From Isurus oxyrinchus (lineage: Eukaryota): 64,000 bases of DNA. A model generated the notes under the pieces. The model was not told where the DNA came from and made no database searches. It was given only the letters and a program-made list of their open reading frames with translations. The stretch lies in assembly GCA_026770705.1 (NCBI GenBank), contig JANJGN010000035.1, positions 10,912,001 through 10,976,000 of the forward strand. The letters are read 5' to 3'. This document shows, one piece after another, positions 52,101 through 64,000 of this stretch. The first letter of the stretch is position 1, and the number at the start of each line of letters is the position of its first letter. Both the position numbers and the translations under genes were made by a program.

Positions 52101-55100
52101 CCTCGAAACTTAGGGTCAGTTTTCACCTGGGCCTCTGTACCCAGGGCCTCTTTACCCAGGGATCTCTATTCCCCTGGGCCTCTATACAGAAGGTCTCTTT
52201 TCCCCTGGGTCTCTTTACCCAGGGATCTCTTTTCCCCTGGGCCTCTTTACCCAAGGTCTCTTTTCCCTTGGGTCTCCTTACCCATGGTTTCATTTTCCCT
52301 GGGCCTATTTACCCAGCGGTTCTTTTGCCCTTGGCCTCAAAACGCAAGGTTTGTTTTCCCCTGGGCCTCTGTACCCAAGGTCTCTTTTCGGCTGGGCCTC
52401 CTTACCAAGGGTCTCTTTTTCCCTGGACATCTGTACCCAGTGTTGCTTAAACCCTCAGCCTCTTTAACCAGAGTCTCTTTTCCCCTGGGCCTCTTTAACC
52501 AGGATAACTTTTCTCCTCGCCCTCCTTGCCCAGAGTCTTATTTATCCCTTTGGCTCATTACCCTTTGGCTCTTTCCCCATGGGTCTCTTTACCCTGGGTC
52601 TCTTTTCCACTGGGGCTCCTTACCCAGGGACTATTTTCCCCTGGGCCTCGTTACCGTGGGTCTCTTTCCCCCTGGGCCTCATTACCCAGGGTATCTTTTA
52701 CCAGCGCCTCTTTATCCAGGGTCTCTTTTCCACTACGTCTCTCTACACCAGGCTCTATTTTCCCCTGGTCCTCTTTTCCAAGAGTCTCTTTTCCTCTGGC
52801 CCTCTTTACCCAGGGTCGCTTTTCCCCTGGGAGCCTTTTTCCAGGGTCTCCTTTCCCAAGGGCCTCCTTGCGCTGGGTTTTCTATCCCCTGGGCCTCTTT
52901 ACCCAAGGTCTATTATCCCCTGGGCCTCTTTACCCAGGATCTCTATTCCCGTGGGCCTCTTTACTCAGGGTCGCCTTTCCCCTGGGCCTCTTTACCCAGT
53001 GTCTGAATTCCCCTGGGCCTTTTTAAACAGGGTCTCTTTTCCACTGGGCCTCTTTACCCAGAGCATCTTTACCCCTGGGCCTCTTCCCCAGGGTCGCTTT
53101 TCCACTGGGCCCTCTTTGCCCAGGGTCTCTTTTCCCCTGGGTCTCATTACAAAGGGTCTTTTTTTACCCTGGGACACTTTGCCTAGGGTCTCATTTTCGC
53201 CGGGGCCTCTTTACCCAGGGTCTCTTTTCCACTGGGCCTCTTTAATCTGGATCTCTTTACCCAGGATCTCTTTTCCCCTAGGCCTATTTACCCAGTGTTT
53301 CTTTTCCCCTGGGCCTCAAAACCCAGCGTCTGTTTTCCCCTTGGCCACTGAACCCAAGGTCTCTTTCACCTGGGCCTCCTTACCAAGGGTCGCTTTTCCC
53401 CTGGGCATCTGTACCCAGTGTATCTTATTCCCTGGGCCTCTTTACCCATGGTCTCTTTTCCCCTGGGCCTATTACCCAGGGTCTCTTTTCCCCTGGACCA
53501 ATTTACCCAGGGTCTCTTTTCCTCTTGCCCTCTTTACCAATGTCTTCTTTCCCCTGGGCCGCCTTGCCCAGGGACACTTTACCCCTGGGCCTCTAACACA
53601 AGGTCTCTTTTCCACTGTGCCTCAATTTCCAGGGGCTCTTTTCCCCTGGGTCTCTTTACACAGGGTATCTTTTACAAGCTCCTCTTTATCCAGGGTCTCT
53701 TTTCCCCAACGTCTCTCTACCCCAGGTTCTCTTTTCCCCTGGTCCATTTTTCCAAGAGTCTCTTGTCCACTGGGCCTCTTTACAGAGGGTCTCTTTACCC
53801 CTCGGCTCCTTTACCAGGGGTCTCTTTTCCTCTGGTCCTCTTTACCCAGTGTCCCTCTTCCCTGGGCCTCTTTACCCAGAGTCTCATTTCCCCTCGGCCT
53901 CTTTACGCAGGATTTTGTATCCCCGGAACATCTTTACCAGTGTCTATTATCCCCTGGTCCTCTTAACGCATGGTCTCTTTTCCCCTGCGCTCCTTTACCC
54001 AGGGTCGCTTTTCCCCTGGGCCTCTTTACCCAGGGTCTATTATCCCCTGGGCCTCTTCACTCAGGGTCCCTTTTCCCCTGGGCCTCTTTACCCAGGGTCT
54101 CTTTACCCCTGGGTCTCTTTACGCAGGGGCTCTTTTCCCTTGGGTCTCATGACAAAGGGTCTTTTATTTCCTGGGACTCTTTGCTAAGGTCTCGTTTCCC
54201 CTGGGCCTCTTTACCCAAGGTCTATTTTCCCTTGGGTCTCCTTACCCATGGTCTCTTTTCCCCTCTGACAATTTACCCAGCGTTTCATTTCCCCTGCGCA
54301 TGGAACCCCAGGGTCTGTTTTCCCCTGGGCCTCTTCACCCAGGGTCACTTTTCCCCTGGGACTCTTTACCCAGGGTCTGTTTTCCCCTAGGCCTCTTTAC
54401 CCAAGGTCTGTTTTCACCTGGGCCTCTTCACCCAGGGTCAATTTTCCCCTGGGACTCTTTACACAGGGCTACTTTTCACCTTGGACTGTTTATCCAGGGT
54501 CTCATTTACCCTGCGCCTCTTTACCCAGTGTCTCTTTTCCTCTGGGCCTCTTTACCCAGGGTCTATTATCCCTTGGGCCTCTTTACACAGGGTTTCTTTT
54601 CCCCTGGGACCCTTTACCCAGGGACGCTTTTCCCCTGGGTCTCTTTACCCAGGGTCTATTATCCATTGGGCCTCTTTACCCAGGGTCTCAATTCCCCTGG
54701 GCCTCTTTACCCAAGGTCGCCTTTCCCCTGGGCCTCTTTACCTAGGGTCTGTATTCCCCTGGGCCTCTTTAAACAGGGTCTCTTCTCCACTGGGCCTCTT
54801 TACCCAGAGCATCTTTACCCCTGGGTTTGTTTACCCAGGGGCTCTTTTCCCCTGGGCCTCTTTCCCAAGGTCGTTTTTGAATCGGGGTCTCTTTACCCGG
54901 GATCTCTTTTCCCCTGGGTCTCATTACAAAGGGTAATTTTTTTTCCCTGGGACTCTTTGCCTAGGGTCTCATTTTCGCCAGGGCCTCTTTAATCAGGGTC
55001 TCTTTACCCAGGGTTTCTTTTCCCCTGGGCCTCTTTACTCAAGGTCTCTTTTCCCTTGGGCCTCTTACCAATGGTTTAATTTCCCCTGGGCCTATTTACC

Positions 55101-58100
55101 CCTCCATTTCTTTTCCCCTTGGCCTGGAAACCCAGGGTCTGTTTTCCCCAGGGCCTCTGTACCCAACGTCTCTTTTCGCTTCGGCCTCCTTACAAAGGGT
55201 CACTTTTCGCTTGGGCATCTGTACCCAGTGTTGCTTGTCCCCAGGACCTCTTTAACCAGGGACTCTTTTTCCCCTGGGCCTCTTTACCCAGGCTCTCTTT
55301 TCCCCTGGGCCTCTTTACACAGGCTCTCTTTTCTCCTGGGCCTCTTTACCCAGGCTCTCTTTTCCCCTGGGCCTCTTTACCCAGGGTCTCTCTTCCCCTG
55401 TGCCTTTTTACCCAGGGTCTGTTTTGTCCTGGGTCTCTTAACCCAGGGTCAGATTTCCCCTGGGACACTTTAACCGTGGTTACATTTCACCTGGGACACC
55501 TTATCCAGGGTCTCTTTGCCCCTGCGCCTCTTTACCCATGGACTCTTTTCCCCTTGGCCTCTTTACCCAGGGTCACTTTTCTGAGAGGCCTTTTTACCCA
55601 GAGTCTCTTTTCCCCTGGGCCTGTTTACCCAGGGTTTCTTTTCCTCTGGGCCTGTTTACCCAGGGTCTCTTTTCCACTGGGACTCTTGACGCAGGGTCTC
55701 TTTACCCAGGGCATCTTTACCCAGGGTCTCTTTTCCCCTGGGCCTCTTTAACCAGGGTCTCTATTCCCCTAGGTCTCTTTAACCAGGGTGCCTTTTCCTC
55801 TGGGCCTCTTTAGCCAGGGTCTCTTTTCCCCTAGGCCTCTAACACATGCTCTTTTTACCATTGGGCCTCTCTTACCAGTGTCTCCTTTCCCCTGGGCCTT
55901 TACACCAAGGGTATCTTTTCCCCTGGGCCTCTATACCAGTGTCTCCTTTCCCCTGGGCCTCTTTACCCAGGGTCTCTTTTCCGCTGGGCCAATTTACCCA
56001 GGGTCTCTTTTCCTAGTGCCTCTTTACCCAGTGTCTCTTTTCCCCTTGGCCTACTTACCAGTCACCCCTTTCCCCTGGGCCTCTTTACTCAGGGTCTCTT
56101 TTACCCTGGGCCAATTTACCCAGGGTCTCTTATCCCCTGGACCTCTTTATCAGTGTCTCCTTGCACCTGGGCCTCATTAGCCAGGGACACTTCTCTCCTG
56201 GGCCTCATTACCCTTGGTCTCTTTACCTCTGTGCCTCATTTTGCAGGGGCTCTTTTCACCTGGGCCTCTTTTCCCAGGGTCTCTTTTCCACTGGGCCTCT
56301 TTACTCAGAGACTCTTTACCCCTGGGCCTCTTTGCCCAGGGGCTCTTTTCCCCTGAGCCTCTTTACCCAAGGTCTCTTTTCCCCTGGGCCTTCTTACACA
56401 TGGTCTCTTTTCCCCTGGGCCAATTTACCCAGCGTTTCCTTTCCACTGCGCATCGAAACCCAGGGTCTGTTTTGCCCTTGGCCTCTTTACCCAGGGTCTG
56501 TTTTCCCCTGGGCCTCTTCACCCAGGGTCTATTATCCCTTGGGCCTCTATACATAGGGTTTCTTTTCCCCTGGGACCCTTTACCAGGGTCGCTTTTCCCC
56601 TGGGCCTCTTTACCCAGGGTCTCTATTCCCCTGGGCCTCTTTAACCAGGGTCGCTTTTCCCCTGGGCCTCTTTACCCAGGGTCTGTATTCCCCTGGGCCT
56701 CTTTAAACAGGTCTCTTTTACAAGGGGCCTCTTTACCCAGAGCATCTTTACCACTAGGCTTGTTTACCCAGGGGCTATTTTCACCTGGGCCTCTTTCCCA
56801 GGGTCGCTTTTCCACCGGGGCCTCTTTACCCAGGGTCTGTATTCCCCTGGGTCTCAATACAAAGGGTCTTTTTTTCCCTGGGACTCTTTGCCTAGGGTTT
56901 CGTTTTCGCCGGGGCCTCATTACCCCGGGTCTCTTTTCACCTGGGCCTCTTTAGCCAGGTTCTCTTTACCCAGGGTCTCTTTTCCCCTGGGCCTCTTTAC
57001 TCAAGGTCTTTTTTCCCTTGGGCCTCCTTACCCATGGTTTCCTTTCCCCTGGGCCTATTTACCCAGCGTTGCTTTTCCCCTTGGCCTCGAAACCCAGGGT
57101 CTGTTTTCCCCTGGGCCTCTGTATCAAAGGTCTCTTTTCGCTAGGGCCTCTTTTCCCAGGGTCTCTTTATCCAGGGAATCTTTACCCAGGGTCTCTTTTT
57201 CCCTGGGCCTCTTTACCCAGGGTCTCTATTCCCCTGGGTCTCTTCAACCAGAGTGCCTTTTCCTGGGCCTCTTTACCCAGGGTCTGTTTTCCCCTGTGCC
57301 TCTAACACAAGGTCTCTTTTCCCCTGGGCCTCTTTACCAGTGTCTCCTTTCCCCTGGGCCTCTACACCAAGGGTCTCTTTTCCCCTGGGCCTCTTTCCCA
57401 GAGTCTCCTTTCCCCGGGGCCTCTTTATGCAGGGTTTTGTATCCCCAGGGGATCTTTACACAGGGTCTATTATCCCCTGGTTCTCTTTTCCGAGGATCTA
57501 TTTTCCCCTGGCCCCTTTACCCGGGGTTGCTTTTCCCCTGGGCCTCTTTACCCAGGGTCTATTACCCCCTGGGCCTCTTTACCCAGGGTTTCTTTTGCCC
57601 TGGGCCTCTTTACCCAGTGTCTATTATCCCCTGGGCCTCTTTACCCAGGGTCTCTTTTGCCCTGGGCCTCTTTACCCAGGGTCACTTTTCCACTGGGCCT
57701 CTTTACCAAGAGTCTCTTTACCCCTGGGCCTCTTTACCCCAGGTCTCTTTTCCCTTGGGCCTCCTTACACATGGTCACTTTTCCCCAGGGCCAATTTACT
57801 CAATGTTTCTTCTCCCCTGAGCATCGAATGCCAGGGTTTGTTTTTCCCTGGGACTCTTCACCCAGGGTCACTTTTCACCTTGGACTCTTTACCCTGGGTC
57901 TCTTTTACCCTGCGCCTCTTTACCCAGTGTCTTTTTTCCTCTGGGCCTCTTTACCCAGGGTCTATTATCCCTTGGGCCTCTTTACACAGGGTTTCTTTTC
58001 CCCTGGGACCCTTTACCCAGCGACGCTTTTCCCCTCGGTCTCTTTACCCAGGGTCTATTATTCATTGGGCCTCTTTACCCAGGGACTGAATTCCCCTGGG

Positions 58101-61100
58101 CCTCTTTACCCAAGGTCGCCTTTCCCCTTGGCCTCTTTACCTAGGGTCTGTATTCCCCTGGGCCTCATTAAACAGGGTCTCTTCTCCACTGGGCCTCTTT
58201 ACCCAGAGCATCTTTACCCCTGGGTTTGTTTACCCAGGGGCTCTTTTCCCCTGGGCCTCTTTCCCAATGTCGTTTTTGCATCGGGGTCTCTTTACCCGGG
58301 ATCTCTTTTCCCCTGGGTCTCATTACAAAGGGTAATTTTTTTTCCCTGGGACGCTTTGCCTAGGGTCTCATTTTCGCCAGGGCCTCTTTAATCAGGGTCT
58401 CTTTACCCAGGGTTTCTTTTCCCCTGGGCCTCTTTCCTCAAGGTCTCTTTTCCCTTGGGCCTCTTACCAATGGTTTCATTTCCCCTGGGCCTATTTACCC
58501 CTCCGTTTCTTTTCCCCTTGGCCTCGAAACCCAGGGTCTATTTTCCCCAGGGCCTCTGTACCCAAGGTCTCTTTTCGCTTCGGCCTCCTTACAAAGGGTC
58601 ACTTTTCGCTTGGGCATCTGTACCCAGTGTTGCTTGTCCCCAGGACCTCTTTAACCAGGGACTCTTTTTCCCCTGGGCCTCTTTACCCAGGCTCTCTTTT
58701 CCCCTGGGCCTCTTAACCCAGGCTCTCTTTTCTCCTGGGCCTCTTTACCCAGGCTCTCTTTTCCCCTGGGCCTCTTTACCCAGGCTCTCTTTTCTCCTGG
58801 GCCTCTTTACCCAGGGTCTCTCTTCCCCTGTGCCTTTTTACCCAGGGTCTGTTTTATCCTGGGTCTCTTAACCCAGGGTCAGATTTCCCCTGGGACACTT
58901 TAACCGTGGTTACATTTCACCTGGGACACCTTATCCAGGGTCTCTTTGCCCCTGCGCCTCTTTACCCATGGACTCCTTTCCCCTTGGCCTCTTTACCCAG
59001 GGTCACTTTTCTGAGAGGCCTTTTTACCCAGAGTCTCTTTTCCCCTGGGCCTGTTTACCCAGGGTTTCTTTTCCTCTGGGCCTGTTTACCCAGGGTCTCT
59101 TTTCCACTGGGACTCTTGACGCAGGGTCTCTTTACCCAGGGCATCTTTACCCAGGGTCTCTTTTCCCCTGGGCCTCTTTAACCAGGGTCTCTATTCCCCT
59201 AGGTCTCTTTAACCAGGGTGCCTTTTCCTCTGGGCCTCTTTAGCCAGGGTCTCTTTTACCCTGGGCCAATTTACCCAGGGTCTCTTTTCCGCTGGGCCAA
59301 TTTACCCAGGGTCTCTTTTCCCCTTGGCCTACTTACCAGTGACCCCTTTCCCCTGGGCCTCTTTACCCAGTGTCTCTTTTATCTGGGCCAATTTACCCAG
59401 GGTCTCTTTTCCCCTGGACCTCTTTACCAGTGTCTCCTTGCACCTGGGCCTCATTAGCCAGGGACACTTCTCTCCTGGGCCTCATTACCCTTGGTCTCTT
59501 TTCCTCTGTGCCTCATTTTGCAGGTGCTTTTTTCACCTGGGCCTCTTTTCCCAGGGTCTCTTTTCCACTGGGCCTCTTCACCCAGGGTCTATTATCCCTT
59601 GGGCCTCTATACATAGGGTTTCTTTTCCCCTGGGACCCTTTACCAGGGTCTCTATTCCCCTGGGCCTCTTTACTCAGGGTCGCTTTTCCCCTGGGCCTCA
59701 TTACACAGGGTTTCTTTTTTCCTGGGACCCTTTACACAGGGTCGCTTTTGCCCTGGGCCTCTTTACCCAGGATCTCTATACCCCTGGGCCTCTTTACCCA
59801 GGGTCTCTATTCCCCTGGGCCGCTTTAGCCAGGGTCTCTTTTCCACTGGGCCTCTTTACCCAGTGCATCTTTACCCCTGGGCTTCCTTACCCAGGAGCTC
59901 TTTTCCCCTGGGTCTCATTACAAAGGGTCTTTTTTTAAACTGGGACTCTTTGCCTAGGGTTTCGTTTTCACCAGAGCGTCTTTACCCAGGGTCTCTTTTC
60001 CGCTGGGCCTCTTTACTCAAGGTCTCTTTCCCCTTGAGCCTCCTTGCCCATGGTTTCATTTCCCCTGGGCCTATTTACCCAGCGTTTCTTTTCCCCTTGG
60101 CCTCGAAACCCAGGGTCTGTTTTCTCCTGGGCATCTGTGTCCAAGGTGTCTTTTCACCTGGGCCTTCTTACACAGGGTCTCTTTTCCCTTGGGCATCGGT
60201 ACCCAGTGTTGTTTATCCCCTGGGTCTCTTTAATCAGGGACTCTTTTTCCCCTGGGCCTCTTTACCCAAGCTCTCTATTCCCCTGGGCCTCTTTACCCAG
60301 GGTCTGTTTTCCCCTGGGCCTCTTAACCCAGGGTCACTTTTCCCCCGGGACAATTTTCCCGGGGTTACATTTCACCTGGGACTCTTTATCCAGGGTCTCT
60401 TTGCCGCTGCGCTCTTTACCCAGGCTCGCTTTTCCCCGGGCCTCATTACCCAGGATCTCTTTTCCGAGGGGCCTCTATATCCAGGGACTCTTTTCCCCTG
60501 GGCCTAATTACCCAGGGTCTCTTTTCTGAGAGGCCTCTTTACCCAGAGTCTCTTTTCTCCTTGGCCTCTTTACCCAGGGTTTCTTTTCCCCTGGGCCTTT
60601 TTATCCAGGATCTCTTTTCCGAGGGACCCCTATACCCAGGGATTCTTTTCCCCTGGGTCTCTTTACCCAGGGACTCTTTTCCGCTGGGTCTCTTTACCCA
60701 GGGTCTCTTTTCCCCTGGGCCTCATTACCAATGGTCTTTTGTCCCCTGGGCCACTTTACCCAGTCTCTCGTTTCCCTGGGGCACTTTACCAGAGTCTCTT
60801 TTCCCCTGGGCCTCATTTCCAAAAGTCTCTTTTCCACTGGCCTCTTTACCCAGAGTCTCCTTTCCCCTGGGCCTCTTTACCCAGGGTCTATTATCCCCTG
60901 GTCCTCTTTACCGAGGGTCTCTTTTCCCCTGGGCCCCTTTACCCAGGGTCGCTTTTCCCCTGGGCCTCTTTACCAGGGTCTAGTATCCTCTGGACCTCTT
61001 TACCCAGGGTCTCTTTTGCCCTGGGCCTCTTTATCCAGGGTCCGTTTTCCCTTGGGCCTCCTTACACATGGTTTCTTTTCCCCTGGGCCAATTTACCCAG

Positions 61101-64000
61101 CGTTTCCTTTCCCCTGCGCATTGAAAACCAGGGTCTATTTTGCCCTGGGCCTCTTTACCCAGGGTCTGTTTTCCCCTGGGCCTCTTCACCAAGCGTCACT
61201 TTTCCCCTGGGACTCTTTCCCCAGAGATACTTTTCACCTTTGACTCTTTATCCAGGGTCTCTTTAATCCTGTGCCTCTTTACCCAGTGTCTCTTGTACCC
61301 TGGGCCTCTTTACCCAGTGTCTCTTGTCCCCTGGGCCTCTTTACCCAGTGTCTCATGTCCCCTGGGCCTCTTTACCCAGGTTCTCTTTTCCCCTGGGCCT
61401 CTTTACACAGCGTTTCTTTTCTGAGAGGCCTGTTTACCCAGAGTCCCTTTTCCCCTGGGCCTCTTTACACAGCGTTTCTTTTCTGAGAGGCCTGTTTACC
61501 CAGAGTCCCTTTTCCCCTGGACCTCTTTACCAAGGGGCTCTCTCCCCATGGGTCTTTTTACCCAGGCTCTCTTTTCGACTTGAACTCATTACCAATGGCC
61601 TCTTTACCCAGGGTATATTTACCCAGGGTCCCTTTTCCCCTGGCCTCTTTACCCAGGGTCTCTTTTCCTCTGAGCCTCTGTACCCAGTTTCTCCTTTCCC
61701 CTGGGCCGCTTTTCCGAGGGTCTCTTCTCCCCTGGGCCACTTTACCCAGGGTCTCTTTTCCCTGGGCCTCTTTTCCCAGAGTCTCTTTTCCCCTGGGCCT
61801 CTTTAACTGTGTCTCCATTCCTCTGGGCCTCATTACCCAGGGACTCTTTAACCTGGGTATCTTTTACCAGCGCTTCTTTATCCAGGGTATCTTTTCCACT
61901 ACGTTTCTCTAGCCCAGGGTTTGTTTTCCCCTGGTCCTCTTTTCCAAGAGCCTCTTTCCCACTGGGATTCTGTACCCAGGGTCCCTTTTACACTGTGCCT
62001 CTTTATCCAGGGTTCTCCTTTCCCCTGGGCCTCTTTACACTGGGTATTGTATCCCCTGGGCATCTGTACCAAGGGTCTATTATCGCCTGGGCCTCTTTAC
62101 CCAGGGTCTATTATCCCCTGGGACTCTTTACCCAGGGTCTCTTTAGCCCGGGGCGTCTTTAACCAGGGTCCATTTTTCCCTGCGCCCCCTTACCCAGGGT
62201 TGCTTTCCCCTGGGCCTCTTTACCTGGGGTCTCTAATCCCCTGGGCATCTTTAACCTGGGTCTCTTTTCCCCTGGGCCTCTTTACCCAGGGTCTCTTTTC
62301 CACTGGGCCTCTTTACCCAAAGACTTTTTTCCCCTCGGTCTCTTTACCCAGGGTCTCTTTACCCCTGCGCCTCTTTACCCAGAGTCTCTTTCCCCTGGGT
62401 CTCATTACAAAGGGTCTTTATTTCCCCTGTGACTCTTTGCTTAGGGTCTCGGTTTCACAGGGGCCTCTTTAAACAGGGTCTCTTTTCCACTGGATCTATT
62501 TACCCAGCATTTATTTGCCCCTGGGCCTCGAAACCCAGTGTCTGTTTTCCCCTGGGCCACTGTACCCAAGGTCTCTTATCCCCTTGGCCTCTTTACCATG
62601 GGTATCGTTTCCCATGAGCCTCTGTACCCAGTGTTTCTTAACCCATGTGCCTCTTTACCCAGGGTCACTTTTCCCCTGGGCCCCTTTACCCAGGGTCGCT
62701 TTTCCCCTGGGCCTCTTTACCCAGGGTCTGTATTCCCCTGGGCCACAGAAAACAGGGTCTCTTTTCCACTGGGCCTCTTTACCCAGACCATATTTACCCA
62801 TGGGCCTGTTTGCCCAGGGGCTCTTATCCCCTGGGCCTCTATCCCAGGGTCGCTTTTCCACCAGGGCCTCTTTACCCAGGGTCTCTTTTCCCCTGGGTCT
62901 CATTACAAAGGGTCTTTGTTTCCCCTGTGACTCTTTGCCTAGGGTCTCGTTTTCACCGAGGCGTCTTTACTCAGGGTCTCTTTTCCGCTGGGCCTCTTTA
63001 CCCAGGGTCTCTTTACCCAGGGATCTCTTTTCCCCTGGGCCTCTGTACCCAAGGTCTCTTTTCGCCTGGGCCTCCTTACCAAGGGTCTCTTTTCCCCTGG
63101 GCATCTGTACCCAGTGTTGCTTAAACCCTGGGCCTCTTTAACAGGGACTCTTTTTCCCCTGGGCCTCTTTACCCAGGCTCTCTTTTCCCCTGGGCCTCTT
63201 TACCCAGGGTATCTCGTCCCCTGTGCCTCTTTAAAAGGGATCTCTTTTCCGAGGGGTCTCTTTACACAGAGTCTCTTTTCCCCTGGGCCTCTTTACCCAG
63301 GGTTTATTTTCTTCTGGGCCTGTTTACCCAAGGTCTCTTTTCCTCTCGGCCTCTATATCCAGAGTGTCTTTTACCCTGGGCATCATTACGCAGGGTCTCT
63401 TTACCCCTCGGCCTCTTTACTCAGAGTCTCTTTTCCCCTGGGCCTCATTACCCAGGGACTCTCTCCCCATGGGTCTCTTTACCAAGGGTCTCTTTTCCAC
63501 TGGGACTCTTGACCAAGGGTCTCTTTACCCAGGGCATCTTTACCCAGGGTCACTTTTCCCCTGGGCCTCTTTACCCAGGGTCTCTTTTCCCCTGGGCCTC
63601 TATACACATGGTCTTTTTTCCCCTGGGCCTATTTACCAGTGTCTCCTTTCCCCTAGGCCTCCAATAGCAAGGGTCTCTTTTCCCCGAGCCTCTTTACCAG
63701 TGTCTCCCTTCCCTTGGGCGTTTTTACCCAGGATCTCTTTTCCGAGGGGCCTCTTTACCCGAGGTCTCTTTTCTGAGAGGCCTCTTTATCCAGAGTCTCT
63801 TTTCCCCTGGGCCTTTATTCCCAGGGTTTCTTTTCCTCTGGGCCTGTTTACCCAAGGTCTCTTTTCCTCTCAGAGCGTCTTTTACCATGGGAAACATTAC
63901 GCAAGGTCTCTCTTCCCCTCGGCCTCTTTACCCAGAGTATCTTTTCCCCCGGGCCTCATTACCAAGGGCCTCTCACTCCATGGGTCTCTATACTCAGGGT

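Larger units (their letters stand above)
10584..64000 (+). repeat. 31-bp satellite array, >53 kb, consensus CCCTGGGCCTCTTTACCCAGGGTCTCTTTTC
   Basis: Continuous head-to-tail diverged monomers in one orientation to the window end. The + frames cycle PGPLYPGSLF/PWASLPRVSF/PLGLFTQGLFS, as expected for a 31-bp period. Confidence 0.98.

Noticed and set aside
10555-63512. Hundreds of overlapping + strand ORFs (up to 665 aa) as protein-coding genes
   Set aside because: All are translations of the stop-free satellite in all three frames; no domain, splice structure or frame preference.
10584-64000. Telomeric repeat or strong G-quadruplex array
   Set aside because: No (TTAGGG)n; GGG runs are 12-13 nt apart and each is flanked by a competing CCC, which favours Watson-Crick hairpins.

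Overview
Eukaryotic, vertebrate-type DNA; the retroelement set and the GPR139-like receptor suggest a cartilaginous fish (inference). Bases 1-10.6 kb are a transposon-rich flank. It holds two decayed CR1 LINE fragments, two tRNA-derived SINE copies, a LINE 3' end, an L2-derived ~37-bp minisatellite and a disabled GPR139-like GPCR exon. It ends in a 5'-truncated Penelope-like element (RT remnant, GIY-YIG endonuclease, 3' pseudo-LTR with a hammerhead-like motif, short ORF-start tail). At ~10584 the Penelope RT is fused, through a 4-bp CTGG overlap, to an uninterrupted single-orientation satellite of more than 53 kb that runs off the window. Its monomer is 31 bp (CCCTGGGCCTCTTTACCCAGGGTCTCTTTTC), an internally palindromic dimer of 15/16-bp halves. 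It carries homogeneous variant sub-arrays, a 1176-bp tandem duplication, several ~3.4-3.6 kb and longer duplications, and two sequence layers. The many ORFs beyond 10.6 kb are by-products of a repeat with no stop codon on the + strand. No intact host protein-coding gene is supported.
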